Shown here piece after piece: positions 27,941 through 45,206 of a DNA stretch of 64,000 nt. The number at the start of each line of letters is the position of its first letter. The first letter of the stretch is position 1. This stretch comes from Candidatus Limnocylindrales bacterium (lineage in GTDB: Bacteria; Chloroflexota; Limnocylindria; Limnocylindrales; CSP1-4), in NCBI GenBank assembly GCA_038214255.1, contig JBBQRZ010000011.1:12254-76253 (forward strand), given 5' to 3'. Below the pieces are notes generated by a model, which saw only the letters and a list, made by a program, of their open reading frames with translations, made no database searches and was not told where the DNA came from. A program made the position numbers and the translations under genes.

Positions 27941-29362
27941 TCAGATCTCCGCGTCCAGCCTGGCCCGCGCCGCCCGCAGCGCAGCGGCCACGCGGGTCGG
28001 CGCCGTGCCGCCGATGACGTCGCAGCTGGTCAAGGCCCCGTCGATGGAGGCCGCACCGCGCAGCACGTCGCCGATCGTCTCGTCCTCGGCCAGTGCGGCC
28101 GAGCCGGCGTCACCGGCGGCGCCAAGGGCCATCCCGATCATCCCGTTCGGCACTGCCTCGAGCGCGACGCCGGCCTCCTCGGCCTGGGCCACGATCGAGC
28201 CGACGACCTGGTGGGCGACGCGGAACGGGATGCCGCGGCGGACCAGGGCATCGGCCACTGCGGTGGCCGTCGTGTAGCCCTCATCGGCGGCCTCGCGCAT
28301 CCGTTCGCGGTCGACCGCGAGCGTGTCGATCAGCCCGGCCATCACGGCCAGGGATGCCTCCCAGGTCGCGACGGCGCCGAAGAGCGGTGGCTTGTCCTCC
28401 TGGAGATCGCGCTGGTAGCCGAGCGGGAGGCCCTTGAGCAGCCCGAGCACCGCATTCAGCGCCGCGATCACCCGGGCCGACTTCCCGCGCACCAGCTCGG
28501 CCGGGTCGGGATTGCGCTTGTTTGGCATCATCGAGCTGCCGGTCGAGAACGCCTCGGCGACCCGGACGAAGCCGAAGCGCGGGTTCGACCACCACGTGAT
28601 CTCCTCGGCCAGGCGCGACAGGTGGACCATGCCGAGTGCTGCGGCCGCCAGCGACTCGACCACGAAGTCGCGGTCGCCGACGGCATCGAGTGAGTTCGCG
28701 CTGACCCCGTCAAAGCCGAGATCCCGGGCCGTGGCCTCGCGATCGAGTGCGTAGCCCGCCCCGGCCAGGGCCCCGGCCCCGAGCGGCGAGACGTTCGTCC
28801 GGCGCCGTGCGTCGGCGAGCCGGCCACGATCGCGCTCGGTCATCTCGACGTACGCGAGCAGGTGATGGGCGAACAGGACCGGCTGGGCCGGCTGGATGTG
28901 CGTCGTCCCGGGCAGGATGGCCGTGCCCTCGCGCTCCGCCAGGCCGACCAGCGCTCGCTCGAACCCGAGAAGGCCGGCGTCGAGCCGGTCGATCGCACGG
29001 CGTAGCCACAGGCGCAGGTCCGTGGCGACCTGGTCGTTGCGGGAGCGGCCGGTGTGGAGCTTGCCGGCAAGCGGTCCGATCCGGTCAGCGAGGGCCGCCT
29101 CGAGGTTCAGGTGGACGTCCTCGAGGCCCGGGTTCCACTCGAGCCGGCCGGCGCCCACATCCTCGGCCAGGCCCTCGAGCCCGGCCACGAGCTCGCCGAC
29201 CTCGTCGTCGGTCAGGAGGCCGGCACGCCCCAGCCCGCGGACGTGGGCGATCGATCCGGCCAGGTCGTCGGCCGCCAGGGCCTGGTCGACCTCGACGGAG
29301 CGCGTGAACTCGGCGACACCCTCGTCGCTTCCCTCGCTGAACCGCCCGCCCCAGAGCCGCAT
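27941..29362 (-). CDS. argH: argininosuccinate lyase
   Basis: Blocks [33 protein letters not shown] and the signature [12 protein letters not shown] match the family. Confidence 0.95.
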   Translation of the reverse strand: MRLWGGRFSEGSDEGVAEFTRSVEVDQALAADDLAGSIAHVRGLGRAGLLTDDEVGELVAGLEGLAEDVGAGRLEWNPGLEDVHLNLEAALADRIGPLAGKLHTGRSRNDQVATDLRLWLRRAIDRLDAGLLGFERALVGLAEREGTAILPGTTHIQPAQPVLFAHHLLAYVEMTERDRGRLADARRRTNVSPLGAGALAGAGYALDREATARDLGFDGVSANSLDAVGDRDFVVESLAAAALGMVHLSRLAEEITWWSNPRFGFVRVAEAFSTGSSMMPNKRNPDPAELVRGKSARVIAALNAVLGLLKGLPLGYQRDLQEDKPPLFGAVATWEASLAVMAGLIDTLAVDRERMREAADEGYTTATAVADALVRRGIPFRVAHQVVGSIVAQAEEAGVALEAVPNGMIGMALGAAGDAGSAALAEDETIGDVLRGAASIDGALTSCDVIGGTAPTRVAAALRAARARLDAEI

Positions 29363-29402
29363 GACCCCTCCGTCCGTGGTGGGGCCATGCTAGCGGCGCG
29401 CG

Positions 29403-30536
29403 TCATCCGGCGGGAATCGGCACCACCGCTCGCAGCCGCTCGGCGGCATCCTCCGCCGAGAGATCGCGCTGGGTCTCGGCGAGCAGCTCGTAGCCGACCA
29501 TGAACTTGCGGACGCTCGCTCGCTGGAGCGGTGGATACAAGTGGGCGTGCAGCTGCCAGGCCGCGTCGGTGCCATCGGATCCGTCGGTTCCGTCGGAGCC
29601 GTCCGCCCCGTCGCCGGCGCCGCCGCCGATGCCGGTACCGAACGGCGCCTGGTGCCAACCCATCGAGTACGGGAACGGCTTGCGGAAGAGGCCATCGTAG
29701 GCACCGAGGAGGCGGCGCAACACGTCGGCGAGGTCGTCGCGCTGGCCATCGTCGAGGTCGGCGAGGCGGGCCGCCGGCCGCTTCGGCACGACGAGGGTCT
29801 CGAACGGCCAGGCGGCCCAGAACGGGACGATGGCGAGCCACTCCCCGGATTCGGTCACGACCCGCGGCCCGCCCGATTCCTGCTCAACATAGTCGAGCAG
29901 GAGACGCTGCCCCGTCCTGGCGTGGTGACGGCCCTGGGTCGCGGCCTCGCGCGCCGGCTCCACGGGCAGCGCCGTACCCGCCCAGATCTGCCCGTGCGGG
30001 TGGGGATTGGAGGCGCCCATCGCGGTACCCCGATTCTCGAAGACCTGTACCCAGCGATAGTGCTCGCCGAGTTCGGTGGTCTGGTCGGCCCACAGGTCGA
30101 TGACGCCGCGCACCCCGCTCGCCGTCATCCCGGCAAGGGTGAGATCGTGCCGTGGGGAGAAGCAGACGACCCGGCACTCCCCACGCTCGCCCTCGGCGCG
30201 GAGCAGTCCGACCTCGAACGTCTCCAGGCTCGTGTCCGGCCGCAGCGCGCTGAAATCGTTGACAAAGACGTACGTCGTCTCGTAGTCGGGGTTCACCGCG
30301 CCATTCGCGCGGGTGTTGCGCGGGCAGAGGTAGCAGGCGGGCTCGTACGGCGATCGGTCCACGCCGCCCTCGGGTTCCTCCGCGCCGAGCCACGGGCGCC
30401 GCGTGCGTCCAGCCGACACGAGGACCCACTCGTCGAGCAGCGGGTTGTAGCGGCGATGCGGATCGCCGCCGAGGATCGAGCGAGGCTCACGCCCCGTGCC
30501 GTCGCGGTCACTCGCCACGTGGCTGGACCACTCCAT
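29403..30536 (-). CDS. galT: galactose-1-phosphate uridylyltransferase (class I) with a Gly/Asp-rich insertion
   Basis: The internal ATG at 30534-30536 is the likely start. Motifs are RYNPLLDEWVLVS, the zinc site CYLCPRN, the active site NPHPHGQIW, and WQLHAHLYPPL...KFMVGYELLAETQRDL. Confidence 0.9.
   Translation of the reverse strand: MEWSSHVASDRDGTGREPRSILGGDPHRRYNPLLDEWVLVSAGRTRRPWLGAEEPEGGVDRSPYEPACYLCPRNTRANGAVNPDYETTYVFVNDFSALRPDTSLETFEVGLLRAEGERGECRVVCFSPRHDLTLAGMTASGVRGVIDLWADQTTELGEHYRWVQVFENRGTAMGASNPHPHGQIWAGTALPVEPAREAATQGRHHARTGQRLLLDYVEQESGGPRVVTESGEWLAIVPFWAAWPFETLVVPKRPAARLADLDDGQRDDLADVLRRLLGAYDGLFRKPFPYSMGWHQAPFGTGIGGGAGDGADGSDGTDGSDGTDAAWQLHAHLYPPLQRASVRKFMVGYELLAETQRDLSAEDAAERLRAVVPIPAG
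29565..29618 (-). repeat. in-frame 9-nt periodic tandem repeat inside galT
   Basis: The plus strand reads GTCGGTGCC ATCGGATCC GTCGGTTCC GTCGGAGCC GTCCGCCCC GTCGCCGGC. On the minus strand this encodes the Gly/Asp-rich insert whose central residues read DGSDGTDGSDGTD. Confidence 0.7.
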
Positions 30537-31308
30537 CAGGATCGACGACGACGAGCTCGCGAACCTGGGCCGCCAGCATCGCCCGGGCCTCGGACTCCAG
30601 GCCGGCGTCGGTGATGAGGACATCGGCCTGATCGAGCCGCGCGATCGAGCTGATGCCGATCACCCCCCACTTCGTGTGGTCGGCCACGACGACCAGGCGC
30701 CGACCGGAAGCGATCAGCGCGCGGTCCGTTTCGGCCTCGAGCAGGTTCGGGCAGGTGAACCCGGACTGCGGGTCCATGCCGTGCACGCCGACGAACACGA
30801 GGTCCACGTGGACGCTCCGCAGGGCCGCATCGGCGAATGTCCCCACGAGGGCCTCCGACGGGGTCCGGACGCCGCCCGTCAGGATGACCGTCTGGTCGGT
30901 CCTGCCGGCTTGGTGGAGCACGTCGGCGACCCGGATCGAATTCGTGACGACCGTGAGTCCGGGGATGTCGACGAGCCGCTGCGCCAGCGTGTAGGTCGTG
31001 GTCCCGGCCGACACGCCGATCGCCGTCCCAGGCTCGACGAGCGCGGCCGCCGCGTCGGCGATGGCGTCCTTCTCGGCTTGCTGGAGCGACGATTTCGCCG
31101 CGAACCCCGGCTCGAACAGGGCGCTTCCCGCGAGCGACGTGGCGCCGCCGTGGACCTTCTCGAGGAGCCCCCGCTCGTCGAGCATCTCGAGGTCGCGCCG
31201 GACGGTCATGTCCGACACACCGAGGTCGCGCACAAGATCCGCGACCCGCACGGCCCCGTCCTCGCGGACTCGTTCCAGGATGATCGCCTGCCGCTGTCGT
31301 GCCAGCAT
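30508..31308 (-). CDS. DeoR-family transcriptional regulator
   Basis: The internal ATG at 31306-31308 is the likely start. The HTH block is RQRQAIILERVREDGAVRVADLVRDLGVSDMTVRRDLEML, and there is a DeoR C-terminal sensor domain (GTTTYTLAQRL, VFVGVHGM). Confidence 0.85.
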   Translation of the reverse strand: MLARQRQAIILERVREDGAVRVADLVRDLGVSDMTVRRDLEMLDERGLLEKVHGGATSLAGSALFEPGFAAKSSLQQAEKDAIADAAAALVEPGTAIGVSAGTTTYTLAQRLVDIPGLTVVTNSIRVADVLHQAGRTDQTVILTGGVRTPSEALVGTFADAALRSVHVDLVFVGVHGMDPQSGFTCPNLLEAETDRALIASGRRLVVVADHTKWGVIGISSIARLDQADVLITDAGLESEARAMLAAQVRELVVVDPDGVVQPRGE

Positions 31309-31455
31309 CACCCCTCCCTGTTGGGCCCGGCCTGGGTCGGTGTGGTCGACGACGACCCGGCGGCCTCGACCGGTGCTCTGACAGAGATTGCCGCGCGAAC
31401 CTACGAAAGTCAACGGCATCGAACATCCATTTCCGCCCAATGCGGCACTTCGACA

Positions 31456-31504
31456 TTGACACCGGCCCTCGGACTAGTGACAATCCGGTTGATCCTGTCG
31501 GATT
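31456..31504 (+). promoter_or_regulatory. sigma70-like promoter of the sugar ABC operon with an overlapping inverted repeat (possible DeoR operator)
   Basis: TTGACA (31456-31461), a 17-nt spacer and GACAAT (31479-31484) form the promoter. The inverted repeat AATCCG-N11-CGGATT spans 31482-31504. The SBP gene's ATG is at 31537. Confidence 0.5.
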
Positions 31505-31536
31505 TTGTCCGACCACCATCGCCTGAGGAGGACACG

Positions 31537-32913
31537 ATGGCAGAACTCGATCGAGCGCGATCGCTGACGAGGCGGACCGTGCTGAAGGGGATGGCCGGAG
31601 CGGCCGGCCTCGCCGCGGTGCCGACGATCATCGCGGCCTGCGGCCCGGGCGGAGCCAGCCCGGCGGCCAGCAGCGGTGGGGCGGCGAGCGCCGCGCCAAG
31701 CGCCGCCGGCGGATCCGCCCCGGCAAGCGCCGCCGCGACTGGCGAGACGACCCTGGGCTCCAACTATTCGGACAAGGTGCCGAAGCAGGCACTCCACGAC
31801 GCCGTCGACAAGTTCACCCAGGAGACCGGAATCACGGTCAAGCTCAACGAAGTCGACCACGGCACGTTCCAGAATCAAATCAGCTCGTACCTGCAGGGCA
31901 CGCCGGACGACGTGTGGACCTGGTTCTCCGGCTTCCGGATGCGGTTCTTCGCCGCGCAGCAGCTCGCGACCGACATCAGCGACGTCTGGGCTAAGGTCGG
32001 CGCCAAGTACGGCGACGCGTTCAAGGTGGGATCGACCGGCGACGACGGCAAGCAGTACTTCATCCCGATCTACCTGTATCCGTGGGCGGTCTTCTACCGG
32101 AAGAGCGTCTTCGCGGACAAGGGCTACGAGATCCCGACCACCTTCGACCAACTGAAGACCCTCGCCGCAAAGATCCAGAAGGACGGCCTCGTGCCGTTCG
32201 CCTTCGCGGACAAGGACGGCTGGCCGGCGATGGGCACGTTCGACATCCTCAATCTTCGGCTGAACGGGTACGACTTCCACGTCAACCTGATGGCCGGCAA
32301 GGAGAAGTGGACCGACTCCAAGATCACGACCGTGTTCGATACCTGGAAGGGCATCCTCCCGTTCCACCAGCAGGGTGCGGCCGGACGGATCTGGCAGGAC
32401 GCCTCGCAAACGCTCGTCCAGAAGAAAGCGGCGATGTACTTCCACGGGATGTTCACGTCGCAGCAGTTCCAGGAAGCCGGCCAGGCCGACCTCGACGACC
32501 TCGACTTCTTCCCGTATCCCTCGTTCGGGACCCAGTACGACGCCGAGAAGGCACTCGACGCCCCCATCGACGGGTTCATGCTCAGCAAGGCCCCCAAGAA
32601 CATCGACGCGGCAAAGGCCTTTCTGGAGTACATGGCCCAGCCCGAGACGCAGGTCGCCTGGGTCACCGCCGACAAAAGCAATATCGCGGCGTCCAAGGAT
32701 GCCGATACGAGCGCCTACAGCCCCCTCCAGAAGAAGGCCGCGCAGGTCATCGGTGAGGCGCAGCGAATCACCCAGTTCCTCGATCGGGACACGAACCCGA
32801 ACTTCGCCGGGCCGAACGGCATGCAGGCCTTCCTGCTTGACTTCCTCCAGAAGCCGGACCAGGACCTGCCGGGACTCCAGAAGAAGATCCAGGACTTCTG
32901 GGACACGCTCTAG
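31537..32913 (+). CDS. ABC sugar transporter substrate-binding lipoprotein (Tat-type signal)
   Basis: GAGGAGG lies 6-7 nt upstream of the ATG at 31537. The signal is SLTRRTVLKGMAGAAGLAAVPTIIAAC (twin-Arg plus lipobox Cys). A Ser/Ala/Gly linker leads into a family-1 SBP-like body. Confidence 0.85.
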   Translation: MAELDRARSLTRRTVLKGMAGAAGLAAVPTIIAACGPGGASPAASSGGAASAAPSAAGGSAPASAAATGETTLGSNYSDKVPKQALHDAVDKFTQETGITVKLNEVDHGTFQNQISSYLQGTPDDVWTWFSGFRMRFFAAQQLATDISDVWAKVGAKYGDAFKVGSTGDDGKQYFIPIYLYPWAVFYRKSVFADKGYEIPTTFDQLKTLAAKIQKDGLVPFAFADKDGWPAMGTFDILNLRLNGYDFHVNLMAGKEKWTDSKITTVFDTWKGILPFHQQGAAGRIWQDASQTLVQKKAAMYFHGMFTSQQFQEAGQADLDDLDFFPYPSFGTQYDAEKALDAPIDGFMLSKAPKNIDAAKAFLEYMAQPETQVAWVTADKSNIAASKDADTSAYSPLQKKAAQVIGEAQRITQFLDRDTNPNFAGPNGMQAFLLDFLQKPDQDLPGLQKKIQDFWDTL

Positions 32914-32949
32914 CCAGCTAGCTCGCCCGGCCCGTAGACTCGACGAGCC

Positions 32950-33930
32950 ATGGCGGATCGAGGATCTGACGGCCTTGCCCCCGCCCGACCGGACCCGGCG
33001 TCCGGTGGGGCGGGGGCGGCCGTATCGGCCGTCCGACGGCGCTATAGCCTGCTGACGAGGCGGGACAAGCTCGCCCTCGGCCTGATGGTCGGCATCCCGC
33101 TGTTCTTCGACCTGGCCCTGATCTGGGGGCCGACGGTCGCGTCGGTGCTGCTCTCGTTCACGAACTGGAACGGTATCGGCGGCATCACGAGCGCGAACAT
33201 CATCGGGCCGAAGAACTACGAATCACTGCTCACGGCCTACCCGTTCTTCTGGCCGGCGCTCCAGCACAACATCCTGTGGCTGGCGTTCCTCATGTTCATC
33301 GCGACCCCGCTCGGTATCTTCCTGGCGGTCCTGCTCGACCGCGAGCTTCGAGGGTCACGCTTCTACCAGACGGTCTTCTACCTGCCCGTCGTCCTGTCGC
33401 TCGCGGTGATCGGCATCATCTGGACGCTCCAGTACGCGCCGGAGAACGGCTTCATCAACAACGCGCTGAACCGGACGCGCGACGACAACCTCATCGACTG
33501 GCTGGGCAACCCGAGCCTGAACCTGTGGGCGGCCATGATCGCCGCGAGCTGGCGCCACGTGGGCTACATCATGGTCCTCTACCTGGCCGGCCTGAAGAGC
33601 GTCGATCCGACTCTGCGCGAGGCCGCCAAGGTCGACGGGGCGAACGAGCGTCAGACGTTCCTGCGGGTCGTCTTCCCGGTCATGGCGCCGATCAACATCG
33701 TCATCGTGGTCGTGACGACGATCGAGGCCCTGCGTGCCTTCGACATCGTGTTCATCATCAACGGCGGCAAGAACGGCCTCGAGTTGCTCTCGACGCTGAT
33801 CACGAACAACAGCATCAGTGAGTCGAACCGCGTCGGCTTCGGGTCCGCGATCGCAGTCGTGCTGCTCCTCATCTCCCTCGGGCCGATCATCCTGTTCCTG
33901 AGCCGGACCATGCGCGAGGAGCGACGATGA
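32950..33930 (+). CDS. carbohydrate ABC transporter permease (MalF-like)
   Basis: Multiple TM helices are present, and the EAA loop is LREAAKVDGANERQTFLRVVFPVMAP. Confidence 0.85.
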   Translation: MADRGSDGLAPARPDPASGGAGAAVSAVRRRYSLLTRRDKLALGLMVGIPLFFDLALIWGPTVASVLLSFTNWNGIGGITSANIIGPKNYESLLTAYPFFWPALQHNILWLAFLMFIATPLGIFLAVLLDRELRGSRFYQTVFYLPVVLSLAVIGIIWTLQYAPENGFINNALNRTRDDNLIDWLGNPSLNLWAAMIAASWRHVGYIMVLYLAGLKSVDPTLREAAKVDGANERQTFLRVVFPVMAPINIVIVVVTTIEALRAFDIVFIINGGKNGLELLSTLITNNSISESNRVGFGSAIAVVLLLISLGPIILFLSRTMREERR

Positions 33931-34844
33931 CCGCCGGGACACTCGGCACGACCGAGGTCGCGGCCACGCGGGTGCGAGCCCGCCGTCGCCCGATTACGCC
34001 GGGCCGGCTCGCGCTCTACGGGTTCCTCACCTTCATGAGCATCACCTGGCTGTTCCCACTGGCGTGGGCCGCGGTCACGTCGCTCCGGCCCTACAGCGAG
34101 ACGCTGGCGAACGGCTACATCTCGATCCCCCAGTCGTTGAGCTTCAACAACTTCATCGAGGCGTGGCAGCGCGGGGGGTTCCTGACGTACTTCATCAACT
34201 CGATGATCGTCGCCGTGCCGGCGGTGATCATCACGCTCCTCGTCGCCTCGATGGTCGCGTTCGCGGTCTCGCGCTTCACCTGGCGCTTCAACCTGCTCTG
34301 CCTGATGATCTTCACCGCAGGCAACCTGCTCCCGCCGCAGGTCATCATCGTGCCGCTCTACCGGCTGTACCTGTTCCTCCCGATCCCGCCACCGCTGAGC
34401 GACAACGGCCATCTCTACGACCAGTATTTCGGGATCATCCTCATCCACATCGCGTTCCAGACCGGCTTCTGCGTCTTCGTCCTCAGCAACTACATGAAGA
34501 CGCTCTCCAAGGAGCTGACTGAAGCCGCGCTCGTGGACGGCGCCCCGGTCTGGAGGATCTACTGGAACGTCATCCTGCCGCTCTGCCGGCCGGCGTTGGG
34601 CGCGCTGGCGACGCTCGAGTTCACCTTCATCTACAACGACTTCTTCTGGGCGCTGCTGCTGATGAAGAGCGGCGACCGGCGGCCCATCACGTCGGCGCTG
34701 AACAACCTGCAGGGCCAGTTCTTCACGGACACGAACATCCTCGCCGCCGGGGCGCTCCTTGCCGCGATCCCCTCGATCGTGGTGTACCTCCTCCTCCAGC
34801 GCCAGTTCGTGCGCGGCCTCGCCCTGGGCGCCACCAAGGGCTGA
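33927..34844 (+). CDS. carbohydrate ABC transporter permease (MalG-like)
   Basis: The ATG overlaps the upstream stop (ATGA). The EAA loop is LTEAALVDGAPVWRIYWNVILPLCRPA. Confidence 0.85.
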   Translation: MTAGTLGTTEVAATRVRARRRPITPGRLALYGFLTFMSITWLFPLAWAAVTSLRPYSETLANGYISIPQSLSFNNFIEAWQRGGFLTYFINSMIVAVPAVIITLLVASMVAFAVSRFTWRFNLLCLMIFTAGNLLPPQVIIVPLYRLYLFLPIPPPLSDNGHLYDQYFGIILIHIAFQTGFCVFVLSNYMKTLSKELTEAALVDGAPVWRIYWNVILPLCRPALGALATLEFTFIYNDFFWALLLMKSGDRRPITSALNNLQGQFFTDTNILAAGALLAAIPSIVVYLLLQRQFVRGLALGATKG

Positions 34845-34851
34845 TCGCGCG

Positions 34852-42356
<7,505 letters not shown>

Positions 42357-42357
<1 letters not shown>

Positions 42358-43145
42358 TGCGCGCGGGCATCGTGTGGACGATCCTGGGCCGCGAGTGGAC
42401 CGAGACGATCCGCAATCGCCTGCTGCTCTCGACGATCATCATCCCGCCGCTGATCCTCACGGTCGCGCCGATCGTCCTTGCCGGCGCCATCGGCCAACGC
42501 GCCCTGCCGGCGGGGCTGGCCACGCAGATCCTCCAGCAGAAGCCCGAGTGGTCGGGGTTCACCGCCGGGGAGCTCGCCGGCGCGTTCGCGGTCCAGCAGT
42601 TCCTCGTGTTCTTCTTGCTCATGCCCGCGTACATCCCACTCTCGATCGCGACGTTCAGCATCATCGGCGAAAAGCAGGCGCGCTCGCTCGAGCCGGTGCT
42701 GGCGGCACCGATCCGGACGGTCGAGCTGCTCGCGGGAAAGGCGATCGCCGCGCTCGTGCCGGGCGTGCTCGCCGGCTGGGCCACCTACGTCGTATTCGTC
42801 GCGCTCGCCTCGGTCGTGTACGGACCGAACCTGTTCGGGGTCGTGACCGATCCATCGTGGCTGGCGGGCGTCTTCCTGCTGGGGCCTGCGGTCGGGCTCG
42901 CCTCGGTCGTGTCCGGCGTCATCGTCAGCTCACGGGTCAACGACCCGCGGGTCGCCCAGCAGATCGGCGGCGTCATCATCGTCCCGATCGTCGGGCTCGT
43001 CCTCGCCCAGGCCAGTGGGACGATCCTCCTCGGGGCGACCGGCTATGCCGTCATGACCGTCGTGGTGCTCATCGTCGCGCTCGTCGGCCTGCGGATCGGC
43101 GTCCGGCTGTTCGACCGGGAGGCCATCCTCACGCGCTGGCGGTGA
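42357..43145 (+). CDS. ABC-2 type transporter permease
   Basis: The ATG at 42357 overlaps the upstream TGA by 1 nt (TGATG). There are six hydrophobic segments. The upstream part of the track ORF is a shadow. Confidence 0.8.
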
Positions 43146-43226
43146 TCCACGGCCGGGGAGGAAACCGTTCGCCCCCTTGGGAGGGTTCTGGTTTGGATAG
43201 ACGACCCGACGACCCGTGATCGACCA

Positions 43227-43248
43227 TTGGCCTACCCGCATAGGCCAA
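43227..43248 (+). promoter_or_regulatory. 22-bp palindromic operator, copy 2, just upstream of the -10 element of the EamA gene
   Basis: TTGGCCTACCCGCATAGGCCAA has perfect 8-bp arms (TTGGCCTA/TAGGCCAA). TATGAT (43256-43261) follows, and the GTG start lies 6 nt after that. Confidence 0.55.
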
Positions 43249-43267
43249 CCAAGGATATGATGTCCTC

Positions 43268-44206
43268 GTGAGCGAACGCGGGTCACGGCTCGACTGGCTG
43301 CTCTTCCTTGCCCTCGGGTTCATGTGGGGCTCGAGCTACCTCTTCATCAAGCTCGCGGTACCCTCGTTCGGGACGTTCACGCTGGTGGCCCTACGTCTCG
43401 CGATCGGGGCCGCCTTCCTCTGGATCGTCATCCGGGTCGCCGGGCAGGAACTGCCGCGCGAGCGGCGGATCTACGGGCACCTGCTCGTCATGGCCTTGGT
43501 CAGCATCGTCATCCCGTTCGCGCTCATCACCTGGGCCGAGCGGTCGGTCACCTCCTCGATCGCCGCGATCCTGACCTCGGCCGTGCCGCTCTGGGCGATC
43601 CTTATCGCGCCGCTGTTCCTGCACGACGAGCCGATCCGGGTCAACGGGGTGCTCGGCGTCCTGATCGGATTCGTGGGCGTGGTGATCCTCACCAGCCGCG
43701 GGTTCACGGGGGGCACGTCGTCGGGAGTCACGGGCGAGATCGCGCTGCTGGGCGCCTCGCTGAGCTACGCGATCGGCGCCGTGTACGCGCGCCGCAGCAT
43801 GCGCGGGGTCCGGCCGATGATCCCGGCCGTCTTCCAGGTCACGTTCGCGATGGTGATCGCCGGTATGCTCGCGATCGTGCTCGAGCACCCCTGGGACGTC
43901 CGGCCGGACCTCCAGGCGATCGTGTCGATCGTGTGGCTGGGGATCGTCGGATCAGGAACCGCCTACCTCGTCAACTTCCGCCTGCTGGCGGCCTGGGGGG
44001 CGACGCGCACGACGCTCGTGGCCTACGTCATCCCGGTCGTCGGCATCGTCCTTGGCTACCTCGCCCTCCAGGAGCCGGTCGATGGGCGGCTGCTGATCGG
44101 GACGGTGCTCGTCATCGGCGGAGTTGCCTTCGTCAACAGCCGATTCGGGCGACGTCGACTGTTTGGTCGCGTCCCCCCGGTCGAGGCCGAGGCCGAGGCC
44201 GCCTAA
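43268..44206 (+). CDS. EamA/DMT-family transporter
   Basis: The protein has 10 TM segments and two EamA repeats (FMWGSSYLFIKLAV..., AYLVNFRLLAAWGATRTTLVAYVIPVVG). Confidence 0.85.
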   Translation: MSERGSRLDWLLFLALGFMWGSSYLFIKLAVPSFGTFTLVALRLAIGAAFLWIVIRVAGQELPRERRIYGHLLVMALVSIVIPFALITWAERSVTSSIAAILTSAVPLWAILIAPLFLHDEPIRVNGVLGVLIGFVGVVILTSRGFTGGTSSGVTGEIALLGASLSYAIGAVYARRSMRGVRPMIPAVFQVTFAMVIAGMLAIVLEHPWDVRPDLQAIVSIVWLGIVGSGTAYLVNFRLLAAWGATRTTLVAYVIPVVGIVLGYLALQEPVDGRLLIGTVLVIGGVAFVNSRFGRRRLFGRVPPVEAEAEAA

Positions 44207-45081
44207 CCGCCCGCCGCGAGCAACAGCGCGCCCGCCACGATCGCCGCCGACGCTCCGACCCGGCGGATCGTCTCGCCGCGATCGGCGGACTCGCCCATCC
44301 GGACCGAGCCCCATGCCGCCGCGAAGACCGTCGCGGGTTCGCGCAGTGGCACGACGCCGGACAACGGCGCGACGCTGAGCGCGATGAGGACCAACACGTA
44401 TGCGCCGAGCGTCAGCCAGCCACCGACGGCCGATCGGCGAACCTCGGCGCGCCCGCCAACGAGGATTTCGCCGCCGGCGACGACCGTGACCCAGAGCACG
44501 AGCGCAAGCGATGTCGTCACCCACAGGATCGCGGCATATGTCAGCGGCTCGATCAAGCGCGTCCCGACCCGGTCGAGCGCCGAGTAGGTGGCGATCGTCA
44601 CGCCGGTCGCCAGCGCGAACGCGATCGACGGATCGAGGCCTTCGTGGCCGCGCAGGGCCCTCCAGGGTCGCTGGAGCAGAAGGAAGCCAGCGAGCAACAG
44701 CACGACGCCCAGGGAGCCCGCAAGGCCGAGCCGTTCGGCGAGGAGACCGACGCCGAGCGCGACCGCGATGAGTGGCGCCGTCCCGCGCGCGATCGGATAG
44801 ACGACCGAGAGGTCCCCCCGCCGATACGCCGCCGAGAGGAGTACGAAATAGCCGGCCTCGACCATGCCGGAGATCCTGCCGAACACGATGCCCTCCGGCG
44901 GCAGCGCCGGGCGACCCGCGACCCACCACGCGGCCACCCCGGCCGGCACGATGCCAACCGAAGCGGCGAGCATCCCGACGGTCGCGGCGCGGAGCGGATC
45001 GCCGGCGGTCTTGAGCCGGAGGTTCCAGGCCACGTGGAGCACGGCTGAGATAGCGACGAGCGCGATGATGCCCGGAGTCAC
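44203..45081 (-). CDS. EamA/DMT-family transporter
   Basis: The 292-aa product is hydrophobic, with the blocks LSVVYPIARGTAPL and LREPATVFAAAWG. Its stop codon overlaps that of the convergent EamA gene. Confidence 0.8.
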   Translation of the reverse strand: MTPGIIALVAISAVLHVAWNLRLKTAGDPLRAATVGMLAASVGIVPAGVAAWWVAGRPALPPEGIVFGRISGMVEAGYFVLLSAAYRRGDLSVVYPIARGTAPLIAVALGVGLLAERLGLAGSLGVVLLLAGFLLLQRPWRALRGHEGLDPSIAFALATGVTIATYSALDRVGTRLIEPLTYAAILWVTTSLALVLWVTVVAGGEILVGGRAEVRRSAVGGWLTLGAYVLVLIALSVAPLSGVVPLREPATVFAAAWGSVRMGESADRGETIRRVGASAAIVAGALLLAAGG

Positions 45082-45206
45082 TCCCGGACGTTACTTGGCC
45101 GCGTCCCGTCGCTGCAGGTCCCGCCCGCGCATGAGCCGGCCACGGGCAGGCCCGGCGCTGCCGCCGATCCGCGCCTCAGTCCCAGCCGGGCGTCACGCGG
45201 CGGGCG

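Noticed and set aside
29565-29618. Short periodic repeats that could be mistaken for a CRISPR-like or VNTR locus.
   Set aside because: The period is only 9 nt, the repeats are in frame inside galT, and they encode a Gly/Asp-rich peptide. There are no spacers and no cas genes.
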